Positions 1-15,785 of a stretch of 64,000 nt of DNA are shown here, piece by piece. The notes under the pieces are model-generated. The model did no database searches. It saw only the letters and a list, made by a program, of their open reading frames with translations, and had not been told where the DNA came from. A program made the translations under genes and the position numbers. Within the stretch, counting starts at the first letter, position 1, and every line of letters starts with the position of its first letter. Origin of the DNA: the human T2T-CHM13v2.0 reference genome, Homo sapiens; the NCBI GenBank assembly GCA_009914755.4, contig CP068257.2:42112001-42176000 (forward strand), given 5' to 3'.

Positions 1-3000
1 GAGCCTCGAGTGGGCCCTGGCTGCCACTACCGCACAGAGGCCGTGTCGCGCTGGGCTGGGCTTGGGTGGCCTCTGTCTTTGCATCTCTGAGAAGGAGTCG
101 GGTGGTAACGGTTGGGGTCAGGAAGAATTCTGCCAAGTATCTTTACTGTCATTCTGACCATAGCCTCTTTGTTCCCGCATTCGAACTTTTGGTTCTTACT
201 TTGCTGCTCGTTTAGTCCCTGGGGATTTCAGATCTTAGGCTGTTGTTTCACCGTATGGGAGGGTTGATGTGAGCTTGCTTGGAGACACACGGTGCAGCAT
301 CAGGGACCTTCCCAGGCCCCAGCAAATTCAAGTCGGTCTGCAGACCTCTCAGCTACCCGCGGGACCTCTTGTAACCCATCGGCATCTTCCAGGAATCCGC
401 CGAGTGACTTGAGGAAGATGCTAACGCAGTAAGGTCTGTGCTGGGCCAAGAGCAGCTTTGAAGCTCCAGAGAACCACCCCGTCAGGTTCCTTGTGGAAGC
501 TCCCCTCATCCGTGGTGCAGCAGGCTGAGCACTGCGCGTTTGCCACGTGCTGCCCGTGACAGCACATTGAGCCACAGCATTTGTAGACAGGACAGAGGGG
601 TGCCTGCCCCCTGCCCCTGCTGGCACATTTAACCCTTGTCCCCTGACCTCAGTTCTGTGCCCCACCAAATGCCCAGGGGCAAGAGGCCACCCTGGAAGCT
701 GCCAATCTTCCAAGGTGGGTGTGGGGCACGGTGGGGGCGGGCAGCTCCCAGGCCCTTGGGCAGGCTGGGGTGACGGCAGAGGCCACAGCACCAGCTCTGA
801 CAAGTCCTATCATCCTCTGCTCAGCAGTGACCTCCCTGGCCCCACTTTGCCCAGAGTTTGGGGTCCCCCCAGGTATAGCTATAGGCGGCAGTGCCTGTCC
901 CTGGCCTGCCTTGATTTCAGCCACACCCCTGCAGCCCTGCATCCCAGCTCTGGGGTGTGCAGAGGTTTGTGTCTCCAGGGAACCCACGGCTGGAGAGAAA
1001 TAGGGAGATGCAGGAAGTGGGGGCCCATGGGGCCCCCAAGAAGCGGACTCTCCAAGGGGTACCCCCACCCCGCTACCTTCCCCACGGACGGGCCCCTCCT
1101 GGAGCCCATACCCTCCTGTGAGGCCATTCCAGTGTCTTCTAGAAAGACTCGCTTGCCAGGAGTGCGTTCTTTGTTGAAAAATGCCCTGAAGCGAAAAGAT
1201 GCAGGTTTATATGGAACCCCCACCCCCTCCCCCACTCTCCCACTCTGTTCGTTCTGAATGTCTTCACGAGCGTGCATCAGGGCGCCTGGCTCCCCCACCT
1301 CAGCCAGTGAGTCAGACACGGGTTTCGCAGCCATGTTTCCTGGCTCCGAGGACACGGGTGGCAGGCCCGTTGCAGCCCAGAGCCACTGGTCCCTACAGGG
1401 CGCCGCCACACCAGCAGGAAGGAGGATGGCTGTGTCCGGAGCCTGGCGGGGAGGCGGCCTCCCCAGTATGTGAGTGCAGGGATCTGCCAGAACCACCTGG
1501 CCCTCTGTAGGGCGTTTAACTGGAAATACCCTCACTGCCAAGTGGAGACTGGGGCGTGTGCCACATTGCCAGCCACCAGGAAAGCTTTTCTTTTTCTTTT
1601 TTTTTTTTTTTTAAACACCAAGAGCACGTATAGCATGGGGGAAAGAACCTAAATGTCTCTCTGTCCTGTGAGCTGGTGAAAAACCCAGCATGAGAACGCA
1701 GTGTCAGGTGTGGGACTCCTTCTGCCCCTGCAGTGGGTGTTACGGGCGGTGTGCCCTGGCGAGCAAGCTTTGATTCTTGGTTCTTTGAGCTCGTTTCAGA
1801 GGCTGAGTCCCCACATCAGCTTTAGTTCTTGGACTTCCCTGTATTAAGCAAGAATTAGGAGAATGGCTGTCCCTGCAGGCGCCTCCCGTAAATCCTGAGC
1901 TCTCTGGCGCAATCTGAAACTTCTCTTCTGTTTTCTTTGGCTGTATCAGCCGAACCAGGAGAGGCCTGGGCTGCGACTAAGGAGAAAGAAATCGGGGGTT
2001 TCTGAGAGCAGATGGTGCCTTTGTGGGTGCAGGGCTTTTGTGGAAATTGTCAGCCTCTACGGGCAGAGTCCGGCATCCCCTCCCCAGACTGCCTGCTGTC
2101 AAACCACGGAGCAGCTGGAGCCTGCCCTGTCCACGGCCCGTTTCCACCCGGGCATGTTCGTCTCTCATGACTTCGGCAGAGGCCCCTGGTGGCCTTCAGT
2201 TTCAGTTTCTCATCCAGGAAGGTAACCTTGGGCATTGGCAGTGGGTTTCCCTATGGCTTGGATCCAGATTAGAATTGATCTTTGTTTTCACTTTCCATAG
2301 TTAATAACATGCAAAATAATGAGAAGAATTTATTTTAAGGTGACAGCTATACTGGTCCAACATCGCCTGCTTATTGTCAGGGTACAGAAGTTTAATACTT
2401 TCTTAATCCAGTTTTTCAAACTTCTCCCTGTAGACCGTAAGGATGAATTCCACAATAGGATCCTTTTTAAAATCGATTTTAAATTGTTGCCTAGTCCTGC
2501 CAAGGTTATTATGTGCATCTGTTATTTTTCCAATACATGTAAACAGTTGCAGCATGATGCTTTGTTTAATGTCCTGTTCTTAAGCTCGTTAGAGCCAGTT
2601 TTGAAACGTTTGGTCTTACCGTGAACGGAGGCTGGCTTGGCTTAGCCACGCTGATGAGTAAGTGAGGGATGTCTCCATCTTGAGATCACCAGGCAAGAGA
2701 GTTGCCTGCACCAGGTAAGAGGCCAAAGCCCCTGGGGTAACAGTCCCCACCGCTACCCGAGGTAAAACAATAAAAGCTATGTGGTTGAGCTCAGGCCTCT
2801 CGTGCCTGGTGTCAGAGAAGGCAGAGCCCACAGTAGGTGCAGGGTGCAAGGCCCTGGGAGGGCACTGGCCAGGGAAGGTGGTATAGATGGCCCTCAGATT
2901 GCGGGGCCCCGAGCAGCTCCCCACTCTGCCCGTCCACCTTCCCTGGCTCCAGCCTCATTCTCTCTTTAGTTTAACTATGCAAAGAGAGGAGGTTGAGAGT

Positions 3001-3789
3001 GTTCTGGCAGCTGGAGCTCTTTTCCTTGTCCTTCCTGCCCTCCGATGGGGCCACCTGTGTCGGGGCAGCAGTGTCCATGTTTATGGAGATCAGAGGTGTC
3101 CCCACTGTGTGGCTGGACTGTACTCTGCTGCCCGGGTAGCCAGGAGTCTCTCCCTCTCTCCCCTGCCGCCTGCCTGGTCTCATGGGCCTCCTTCACACAC
3201 CCCTCCCTGTGGATCGCCTGCCTGGGCCCAGAGCAGGGGAACTGGAGTTTGTGAGTGAGCAGAGCAGGTTATGTGCAGACAGGGAAACGAGAACTTTGGA
3301 CCTGGCTTTCTGAGTCCAGGTGAGAGCTGTGTGGCCCCCCGATGCCACTCTGCCCGCCGGAGGGATGTGCCTGCTGAGCCTTTTCCTTCCACGCCGCCTC
3401 TCACTGCCAGGCCAGCGGCTTCCGCTGAGACTCGCTGGAGAGGCGGCTCCCGTGTCCGTCCACCGAGCACTCAGATGGATGCTGATCACCAGGGCCGAGG
3501 GGGCTCCCAGAAGGACCCCAGGCCCTGGGGAGGGTGGCTGTGGGAGGCCAAGTCCACTGCCCGGAAGTCTTGTCAGCCCTAAGCCAGGGAAGCCTGGAGC
3601 GTGGCCTGGCGGGTCTGGGTGGACACCGTCCCCACTCCGGACTCCCAGCACAGGGGAGGAGACCTGAGCCTGTATGGCCCTGTAGCCCTGGGCAGAGCTG
3701 GGCCTGTCGTGTGTTCCTGCCTGGCAGGTGCAGGTGCTGGCCATCTGCAGGTGGAAGGAGGTGGGAATCTTGGATTTTTTGGTTTTTTT

Positions 3790-4086
3790 TGTCTTTTTTT
3801 TTTTGAGATGAAGTCTCGCTCTGACACCCAGGCTGGCGTGCAGTGGTGTGATCTCGGCTCACTGCAAACTCCGCTTCCTGGGTTCAAGTGGTTCTCCTGC
3901 CCCAGCCTCCCAAGTAGCTGGGATTACAGGCATGCGCCACCACGCTCAGCTGATTTTTGTATTTTTAGTAGAGATGGGGTTTCACCATGTTGGCCAAGCT
4001 GGTCTCAAACTCCTGACCTCAAGTGATCTGCCCGCCTCGGCCTCCCAGAGTGCTGGGATTACAGGCGTGAGCCAGTGCACCCGGCG
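3790..4086 (-). mobile_element. Alu SINE (antisense, poly-T leader)
   Basis: Poly-T then gagatgaagtctcgctctg..ggctcactgcaa..cctcccaaagtgctgggattacaggcgtgagcc, the reverse complement of the Alu consensus. Confidence 0.9.
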
Positions 4087-5889
4087 GAATCTTGGAATTT
4101 TTATAGACAGCACCTCAGTTTCTGACTCCAGCCGCACACCTCCTGCCTCTACCAGCAGGGGTTGCCGCCAGACCAGAGCCAGGGCCAGGTCCCTGCGTCC
4201 ATCCCCCCCGGTAGGATGGACGTGAGCCATCCTTCTAGGGGACTTTTTTCAGTGTGCGACTCGTCTCTGTTAGGTGGTAGGAGCCAGTTTGTGTGGCCTG
4301 TGCCACGCTCCACAGTGCGTGGCTGGGCTCTGTGTGTGGCCTGTGTCCCCTGTCCCTGCAGGACCCAGCAGGCATCGTGGCGTGACAGCTGTGTCCAAGC
4401 CACTGCCCGGGCATCCCATCACCCACCAGGGTGCACGGTCTCTCCTGCTGGGGGCTTTCTGTCGCATGTGTGTCTCCTGTCGACTCTGCAGTTTGTTCTC
4501 AGAGCAGAATGTTTCCTGTTCTCAGTGCACAAAGACACTGGTTTTCAATCGGCGTCTAAAACCACGTTCCTGCCTTTCATTGCAACACGGTGTGTTCATT
4601 TGTTTAAAACAGTTTAATGAGTAAGTTTAGATGACTGGTCAATATCTTAAAAATGTATATTAGTAAGAAGTTCTTCCTGGAATTTTTCTTTCGATTCTGG
4701 CAGAATAAACAGGTGTTTTTAGTTTTCCCACTGTCTGAGCCAAGCAGGACCCTGTCCCAGAGCAAGAGATGTCCCCTTCCATCTCTGACCCTTGCCTGGG
4801 ACAAGCTTTGATGGGGGGCCCCAGCTTCAAGGCTGTGGTGGGAACAGCACCCCCAAATGCCAGCCTCTCCTTTCTTCCCATCCACCAGTATACTGCGGGG
4901 CCATTTCTGGTCTTTGTCCAACAGGAAACCCATTTCTGGTGGGATATGCCTTCCAGTGCCACAGGGCCACTCACCCCATGCATCTCTGTCCTGCCCGTCA
5001 GTGCTGGGACGGACAGCAAGGGCAAGCCCAGTGTCTGGCGGATAGGTGGGTGGGAACAGAGAGGGGAGAATGCCGTCCTAAGCTTCTGCTTGGGGATCCC
5101 CCACACGACCTGGGTACTGCCTGGGAAACCTGTCCTAAGTAAAACTATGGACCTCGCCTCGCCCACCGGCCTGCAAAGCCAGCATCTCCGTGAAGGTGGA
5201 TGGAAGCGCCTTTGTCCTCATTTTGAGCTGCAAGCTGGGTCAGCGGCTCTGAAGCCCTCGAGTGACTTTCTAACCCAAGACCCAGCCCCTGGCAGGAGGA
5301 GGGGTGGGTGCAGGGCTGGTGGGACAAAAAGAGGCCTCAGCAGGCCTGGAAGACCCTTCCAGTACATCCCACAGCGTGTCGAGCAGCTGGGAGAACCTGT
5401 GTCAAGCTCGAGCCGTCATAGGTCCCCATGAGGTGTCTGAAGCCCCTTCTTGGTGATGGGAGGCAGAGGTGCTGACGTTCTGGAGCATGGACGTGAGTCC
5501 TCAGCTGGCTCCGCGTGGGCCCTTGGAGGGTGCCAGGTGTGTGGTGACCTTCTGGATGCCTTTAACTTCATGGCTGCGTCATTCCTGATTTAGAACTTTA
5601 ACCGGAGCTTCATCTAGTGATTGCAAAACTGGACCAATGGGAGGACGGCGGCGCAGCCCGCTCCCTCCGTGGAATGGAGCTCAGCTCTTCGGAGGCATCA
5701 AAGCACCTGTCGCCTCCGTGGTCCCCCTGCCGAGGGAGTGCGGCCTCTGCAAGGTTCGGGGGTGGCTTCGTTTGCCTGGAGTGGCCGGCCCTGCTTGTGC
5801 CATGTGGATGTTTGTGAGCCTCGGTCCTACAGCACTGTGTAGGCTGCATCTGTTTCGTGCTGGTCCTGTTGACTTGTATGATATCCACA

Positions 5890-5895
5890 AATAAA
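5890..5895 (+). terminator. PDXK: AATAAA polyadenylation signal (candidate PDXK poly(A) signal)
   Basis: Sequence ccacaAATAAAtattttcatgg; a T/GT-rich stretch follows. Confidence 0.4.
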
Positions 5896-7213
5896 TATTT
5901 TCATGGCGGTCGTGTTGAGGCATGATGGTTCCTTCCCATCCCAGGAGCTCCCTACCTGTGATTGGCTGAACACCCAGTACCCTGCCAGCCACGCTAGGGA
6001 TTGCTGCTGGAAATGGTGGCAGCTGACTCCCTAAAAACCTCCCCTTTGGAGGAAAGAGCATGCCTTGCCCCTGCCTGCCGGGCCCAGGCCCCCTCCCATC
6101 CTGCACTCTGTTTTCTGCCTTGGGGGCTGGCCTGGGTGCCCCGGCATGGGCTTCCTGCAGGACTTCCCAGGGCAGAGCCCTCAGGGATAGGAGGCCTCCC
6201 TGTGCAATTCTGAGGCCCAGCTCTGGGTGTTGGCCAAGGGTGTCTGCTCCTCCTGGGATCCACCTGGCTCCTTCACACCTGGGTGGTGACGTTGTAGTGC
6301 CTCTGGCTGGGCAGATCTCGTGTTCCCTGACTCATGTGCACCTGTGCGATAAACCCACAGACCATCTCCAGCAATGCCAGGCTGGTTGCTGTGTGCCAAG
6401 AACAAGGAGAAGGCGGAACCAGGGGCTGCAGAACCAGCCCCTCCCCAATGAGGACCCCCTCTGGACGCCCCTCCCCATGGAGAACACCAGGAGCCACAGA
6501 CCCCAGACCACAGAGCACACAGGGGAGGGCACGGGGCGGCCGGGGCAGGGTGTCTGCTGCCTCGTTTATGGGATTTGCTCCGCGTCTAGCACACTGCTGC
6601 CTGCAGTGCTCCTGTCCCCTGCAGTGGCTACTCTGGGCCTACGGGCCTAATCCTGGTTGGCATGAAAATGTCCTGAGGCTACTGTGACAAATTTCCACAA
6701 GCTGAGTGGCTTAAAGGAACACATTTGTTCTCTTACAGTTGCAGGGGCCAGAAGAGTCTAAAAACAGTCAGCAGGGCTGGTTCCTCCTGGAGGCTTAGAG
6801 GGGCTGAATCCGTTTCCTGCCTTTTTTAGTATCTGGAGGGCGCCTGCATCCCCTTGCTTATGGCCCCTTCCATCACCAAAGCCAGTAGTGTCACATCTTT
6901 CCACCTCTCCCTGACCCTGACCTCCGCCCTTTCTCTTAGAAGGACCCTGTGTGACTTTGGACCTACCTAGATAATTTAGGGTCATCTCTCATTTCAGGAA
7001 CCTGAATTTAATCCCACCTGCAAGTCCCTTTTGCCAGGTAAGGTCACAAATTCACAGGGTCTGAGGATGAAGATGTGGACCTCTTTGAGGGCCATGATTC
7101 AGCCCACCACGTCTGGTGACGAGGGATGGAGTGTGTTCTGCAGCAGTGGGGGCCTATGCAGACCTATCCCGAAGTTCAAGGAAGCAGAGAGGCCGAAGAA
7201 AGAAGCTGCCCTT

Positions 7214-7607
<394 letters not shown>

Positions 7608-8624
7608 TCACCCACAAGCCTAGGGCTTATGTACCGTAGGGGAGGGGTGCGTGTGGTTCAGAAGGGATGTGCTGGACAGTTGAAGCAGACAGCATCCCAG
7701 TCATTTGCCCTAAGGGCAGGATTTAGGGTAAGTACCTGCCTTTACACAAGGAACAATAGATGAGCTGAAAATCTGAGAGGCCTTCCTAGAACTGGGGTTC
7801 ATCAGACAACAACAGGGTGGGTTAGCCTCCAAGCTGGAACTGCTGTGGCGTGTCCAGGGGTGGGGCATGTGCTGGCTTGGTCATCTCCCCCTCCGAGGGT
7901 CTGAGCCAAATATCCAGCAGCAAACATGCTCGGCCCTGAAGCCTCAGCCATTGTGAGGACTCTGGCTGGGCCTTCTTCCCCCGATGGGTGGGAAAGGCCG
8001 GCCTCAAGTCCAGGACCTGCCCTTGAGGCCATGCTGGCTTAGGGCTTCAAATCTGGGTTCCTAGGAAAGGGGCTGGGCTCCAGTGGCGTGGGGGTGGGGA
8101 CGGCAGATGGAGGGAGGCTGGGAAGGGAGAGAAGGAACCTCATGGGCAGTTAGGCTCCCGGGGCTTCTCTGGGGACACCACCAGCAGAGTGTGGTTGTTG
8201 ACACCTCCCTGGGGCTCGGGGTCTTCCTTTGGCCCCAGTGAACACCTGTCACACACTCGCTGGGATGGACTGACCTTCAGGGTTTGCTGCCACCCGTGTC
8301 CTCCACCCTGGTAGGGCCTTTCCAAGACACTTGTGGGGACAGGCCGGGCCTGGCCAGCATCCGGTAGGCTGCACTTTCCGGAGGCCTCTGGGATTACAGG
8401 CCACCTCACCCCAGCTGGAATTCTGCCTAAATTACTGCATTGAGGAGATTCCCTCACAAGGTGCGGACTCAGGCTGGCCCTGAAACAGCCGTCACCTCCA
8501 CGAGGCCGGCCCAGGCCCCTGCGCACTGCCCTGCTCATGCCCCCATCCATGCCAGCTCCCACCAAGCCCGTGCCCCTGCCAAAGAGCTGGGGGAAGGGAT
8601 GGGAGACAGACTTCTCTTTCCTTA

Positions 8625-8931
8625 TTTCTATTTTTTTTTTTTTTTCCAGACAGGTTCTCACTCTGTCACCCAGGCTGGAGTGCAGTGGTGTGATCTCAAC
8701 TCACAGCAACTTCTGTCCAAGCAATTGGCCTCAAGCCATCCTCCCGCCTCAGGCTCCCGAGTAGCTGGACCACAGGCACACCACCACGTCCAGCTCATTA
8801 AACAATTTTTTTGTAGAGATGAGGTCTTGCCATGTTGCCCAGGCTGGTCTCGAACTCCTGGGCTCAAGTGATCCTTCCTCCTCGGCCTCACAAAGTGCCG
8901 GAATTACAGGCGTGAGCCACCACTCCTGGCT
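8625..8931 (-). mobile_element. Alu SINE (antisense)
   Basis: Poly-T then cagacaggttctcactctgtcacccaggctggagtgcagtgg..ggaattacaggcgtgagccaccactcctggc. Confidence 0.9.
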
Positions 8932-9051
8932 CTTATTTCTGTTTTTTCTGGTAACAGCTTTATTGAGTTACAATTCATTCCATATGACTCAGCCATTTGA
9001 AGGGTACAGTTCAGGCTGTGATTATAAAGGCAGCACTGTTGAGGACACTGA

Positions 9052-9169
9052 GCCTGGACAGGTGTCCCCCCCAAATTCAATGATGTCCTGCAAAAAGGTC
9101 CACCCTAAGCCTGGACAGGTGTCCCCCCAAATTCATTGATGTCCTGCAAAAACTCACGTCCACCCTGCA
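9052..9169. repeat. Tandem duplication, two ~58-60 bp units
   Basis: gcctggacaggtgtccccccaaattca(a/t)tgatgtcctgcaaaaa..ccaccct occurs twice head to tail. Confidence 0.7.
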
Positions 9170-9174
9170 CTTCA

Positions 9175-9884
<710 letters not shown>

Positions 9885-9920
9885 TTACATAAAATGCAGT
9901 CGCCCCAGGTGAGGACCCTA

Positions 9921-10391
<471 letters not shown>

Positions 10392-10849
10392 TTATCCAGC
10401 AAGTGGTGAATTTCCTGAGCTCCTGTGACCCCCACCAAGGAAGAGCAGACTGAACAGGCTTGGGAAATTTTTCTGTGAAAGGGGAGGGCCTGGGGGTGCG
10501 AGCAGGCTCACGCCCAGTGTGCACTGGGCATGCTCAGGTGTCAGCAGCCGAGCCAGCAACACTGGGATGACGCCCCCTTTTTACAGGCTCTCGGAGGTCG
10601 GGTGGGATTCCCAAGACCTCACAGGTCACGATGAATGGCCTGGCTGGAACTGGCTTCCACGGACCCAGCATCATAGGCCTCCCTCAGAGCCGGGCCGGGT
10701 CCCTGAGCTCACTGGAAGGACGCGTCCGCCTGGCTGTGCTGATTGTTTACACAGACACCACCTGGCTGATTTTCTCTGAACAGTGTGAAAGTGACGCAGA
10801 AGGCTAGTGGCCCCAAGTTCACACCCATGGCCCTGAGAAAGCAGTTGTG

Positions 10850-11160
10850 TGTGTAGCCTCCTCACCACCCTCTCTGCGTCTGGACATGGGAACCTTGCGG
10901 GCACACACATGCAAACACATGCGTACATGCGGGCGCACACACACGCACACACGGATGCACACACACGCGGATGCACACACAGACGCACACATACACACGC
11001 AGATGCACGCACACGCAAACGCACCCACATATACATGCGGACGCACACGCGGAAGCACAGGCACACATGCACGAACACACACACTACACGGATGCACAGG
11101 CACACACACTCGTGGACACACAGCATACACACACACAGATGTGTCCAGACATCTAGTTAT
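10850..11160. repeat. Degenerate CA/CG-rich low-complexity tract (decayed (CA)n-like microsatellite with ACGC/ATGC interruptions)
   Basis: cacacatgcaaacacatgcgtacatgcgggcgcacacacacgcacacacggatgcacacacacgcggatg.. Source of the His/Thr/Arg-rich and Cys/Val-rich artefact ORFs 10671..11298. Confidence 0.85.
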
Positions 11161-13142
11161 TCACGCCCTTGTTACTCTCAGGAGCAGCACAGCGACCCCG
11201 AGGCTGGCCTGACTGTGTGGCCTCTGAGGGTCCAGTCTTCACTTTCCCTTGTTGGGGGGATGGGGCCCCCATGCACAGTCTGTGCCCCAGTGTTCTGAGT
11301 GAGGGCACCCTGTGCTCTGCCCCATGACCCTCCCTGCCTCGGTGCTACCCTTCCTGGAGGCGGGACACGGCGGCTGATCCCTCCCTGAGTGGGAGTTGCG
11401 AGTCCTTTGCCTTCTTCCCCCGTCTCCGGCTTGTAGCCACAAAATGTGCTGCCCTGGGCCCTGCCTCAGGTTTCCCTACGGAAACGGCACAGGCCACGCT
11501 GCCTCCCCTGCTGGCACCCTAGTCTCTGATGGAGACCGTGGCCTCTCCACCCAGAAAGTGGGCCAGGCCTCACCATCCCTGAGCTCTGTCTGCCTACGTC
11601 TCTGGCTGCCACTGACCCCACCAGCATCTTGGCCTCTCGACACACCCCCTCCGCCCTGACTCTGTGTCATACCCAGGCCTCACGACACACTCCTGGGCAA
11701 GGCTGCGTCGGCAGCGCCCTGGCCAGGGCTGTGGTCGGGCCATGGAGGGGGCCCCCTGGCTGAGACCACACCCTGTACCCCCAAAAGAGGTCATCCTGCC
11801 CGTGCCAGAAACCCCGTCAAGGACATGTGCACCCCTGGAGTGTGGGCGCAGAGGCCGGCCACATTTAGCCAGTTGTACATTCATTCAGGCTGCAATTCTT
11901 TCTTATCCCTGGGCTCAGGGCCGCACCCAGACACACGAGGCCGGGCAGGCATGACTCAGCAGCCCTTAGGATCTGCGTCCTGTGATTTTCTCAAGGAGCA
12001 CAAAGGTGAGCGTAGCCATGGGGGAGAATAGGGAAGGAAGAAGGGCCAACAGTGGCCGAGTCAGCTCTGCTTAGTCTGAACTGCCCCTCCCATTGCTCCC
12101 AGGCCGGGCAGCAGCCTCTTGAGCAGCCCCGAGCCCCGCTCTTGTCCTTCCAGCCGGCTCTCAGGGGCTCACCCCCTCCCCACCCCCACAGTCAGCCTTG
12201 CGGTCAGCTTTCTCTAAAGGCAGCTCCGCACACGTAGCTCTCCCTGCCCCACGTTGTCCACAGCGCTCCCTGCCCCCAGATCCCAGTGTCCCCACCACAG
12301 CTCCGCACCGCTCCTTGATCTGGGCCTGCATTAGCATCCCCGGGTTATGTGGCTACCCGTGCTGCAAAGGAGCCTGGGAAGTGTGTCTTTTCCATCTGTG
12401 CGAAATTCTATAGTTTTTCTCGCCCTTAAGGGAGGTGGGGAGAAGGATCTGGGCAGGGAAGGCCCGGCCCATCCCTGGCCACCTATGACACTGTAAGCCT
12501 CTTAGAGAGCGGCCATGCCTGCCTCGCTCTGCAAGCAGACCTGCAGGGTGCCTGGCACGAGGACATTCAGATGTGGGAAGGAGGGAGGAGGGAGAGACGA
12601 CCTGGAAAGGAATGAGTGTGAGCTCAGTCGATGGTCAGGGACTGTGCCCAACCAGGGCCTGGCTGTGCCGTGGGGAGCTCTCGGAGCTCTGAGCATCCAA
12701 ATGTTGGAGTCCTGACCCTGCCTTTTGTGGGATAGAAAATGGGAATTAACACCGCTTCTGGGCAGCTCAATTAGGAAATCTTAGACGCTCTACCTGGTAG
12801 TGGAATGATTAGATTACTCAAGCCTACAATTTTATCTTTTGCACAATTTGCATCCAATTATGTTATTCTGTCTCTAATCTAGTGGGAATCTAATCTCATC
12901 TCCATCAGTTGGCCCTGCTTCATAACGCACGTTTCCTGACAGCAGTTAGAGGAGAGACTGAGTAAGGCTGTGGTGGCATCTCCCAGCTCCTTTGGGCTGG
13001 TAAGGATACTGTTGGCTTTGCCTGGCTCCCCCCACCCAGACCCTGTCTACACAGACAGAACCTCAGCTAACACAGAGCCTGGCTGCTCTGTTCTGCCAGA
13101 TCGGGAACACATGGCCAGCAAAACCTGCAGGCACAGGGCGCG

Positions 13143-13749
<607 letters not shown>

Positions 13750-14257
13750 CCCTACCAGCTTTGGGAAAAGTGATGCTCGCTGAGAATTCGGGGTGGAGGG
13801 TAGGAGACCCAACCAAGATGACACTGTCACTCGAGAGTGAGTGACAGCTGGCTGGGGACCCGCAGCTGCCTGCTCAGCCCAGGGAGCATGCCTGCCTCAG
13901 GAGCTTCAGAGTGAGGGTCTGCGCTCTCAGCGTGGGGCGGTTCCTTGCCTAGCATCTGTTGAGTGCATTTCCATCAGCCAGGGCCCCAGTGGAAACAGGC
14001 AGCACTCACAGGAGCAACTCAAGCAGCGTTTGGTGTCCAGCGTGTGGAAGCGGTGTTCCCTTTCAGGACGGGGCCCGCGTTACAAACGGGGAGCTCAGGC
14101 CAGGCCGTCCTGGGCTCCTGCACGTTCTGGACTTTGCGCACCCACCCCTCCACCTTCCCGTCCTACCTGTGACTTGAGCAGGCGCCCAGGCTGTAGGGCG
14201 GACTGCAGGAGAGGGGCTGCCCCTGGAGGGGGTTGTAGGCCTCTGCTGCCCTGGCTC

Positions 14258-14552
14258 CCCTTGCCGTTTTCATTTATTTATTTATTATTATTATTATCTT
14301 CAAGACAGGATCTCTCTCTGTCACCCAGGCCAGAGTTCAGTGGTGTGATGATGGCTCACTGCAGCCTCGACCTCCCGGCTCAAATGATATGATCCTCCCA
14401 CCTCAGCCTACCAAGTAGCTGGGACTACAAGTGTGTGTCGCCAAACCTGGCTAATTTTTTATTTTTTGTAGAGATAGGGGTCTCACTCTGTTGCCTAGGC
14501 TGGTCTCAAACTCCTGAGCTCAAGTGATCCTCCCACCTCGGCCTCCCAAAGC
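14258..14552 (-). mobile_element. Alu SINE (antisense) with (ATT/T)-rich leader
   Basis: tttatttatttattattattattat..caagacaggatctctctctgtcacccaggccagagttcagtgg..ctcccaaagc. Confidence 0.85.
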
Positions 14553-15213
14553 TCAAGCCATTTTTAACATTGCCGAGGCAGTTTTGGGGAAACATGCCTG
14601 AACGAACCATGAGTAAGACCTCCACGTTTTCTTTCTGGCTCTCAGGGGTCTGGAGGGGAAGTGGCTCATGGCAGGTCCCAGCACGTAGGCCTCTGTTTTC
14701 TGGTTCATGTTCCAGGATGGGGAAGGACCTAAGCCATCAGTGTCCTGGAGATCCAGCGTCTTAATTCATTCAGGGTAGCCCGTCCCGCCCTCCAGACTGC
14801 TGGGCACACCAGGGGCTCTGCTCCTGCTCTGTCCCAGGACTCAGGGCCCCTCCAGGGCAGCTGCCGTGATGTCGTGGCTATGAGGCATTCAGCCGCCTCC
14901 CAGAATGCGCCATGCTCTTGCCCAACCTGGACTCCCCACTCTCTGCTGCTGGCGCCAGGACGGTCTCACCCACCTCAGCCTCTAGCTCCTCCTCCTCAAG
15001 CCTCAGGTCTGAACTTGGCCATGGCCTCTGCCCAGAAGCCTTCTGCACCTCTGTCAGATCCCCGTTTACCCCCAGCAGGACCCTCCCTTAGGGCACTTGG
15101 TACAATTTCACATCCGTGACAGTGACAGTCACCGCCCCCATGCTGTGAGCCCCACGGGAGTCCGAGCTGACTTCATTCTTCCCCTACTACGTGCCTCATC
15201 CACTTTGAGCTCC

Positions 15214-15584
15214 TGTATTAGTCCATTCTCATGCTGCTAATAAAGACATATCCATGACTGGATAATTTATAAAGGAAAGAGGTTTAATTGACTCACAGTT
15301 CAGCATGGCTAGGGAGGCCTCAGGAAACACAATCATGGCAGAAGGGGAAGGAAACACATCCTTCTTCACATGGTGGCAGGAAGGAGACGTGCCAGCAAAA
15401 GCGGGGAAAGCCCCTTATGAAACCATCAGATCTCATGAGGATTCACTCACTATCACGAGAACAGCATGAGGGTAACCACCTCCATGATTCAATGACCTCC
15501 CACCAGGTCCCTCCCATGACACGGGATTATGGGAGCTATAATTCAAGATGAAATTTGGGTGGAGACACAGCCACACCATATCAG
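15214..15584 (-). mobile_element. MaLR LTR, THE1-family (THE1B-like) solo LTR, antisense
   Basis: tgtattagtccattctcatgctgctaataaagacata..ggataatttataaaggaaagaggtttaattgactcacagttc..catggcagaagg..tataattcaagatgaaatttgggtggagacacagccacaccatatca matches the reverse complement of the THE1 LTR consensus as I recall it. Confidence 0.8.
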
Positions 15585-15785
15585 AGCTCCTAATGCACTC
15601 TCAGAGGGCAGGGTTAAACCAGCGGGGGGTTCGGTTAAACCAGCGGGGGGTTCGGTAACAAGGGACTTTTGTCAGCGGGTAGTGAAATTCATCAGATTTC
15701 CAAGCTGCTGCTGTTGATGCTCCTAAGGAAGCAGACAGCGTGTGGATGAAATTGACAACTTCATATAAATTATATATATATATAG

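Larger units (their letters stand above)
1..5915 (+). other. PDXK: Probable terminal-exon 3' UTR of pyridoxal kinase gene (no coding sequence recognised in window)
   Basis: Inference from established gene order PDXK(+)-CSTB(-)-RRP1(+) on 21q22.3 and a canonical AATAAA at 5890 about 11.4 kb before the CSTB 3' end. No PDXK C-terminal coding sequence (..QATVL) was found, so the window likely starts inside the UTR. Confidence 0.4.
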
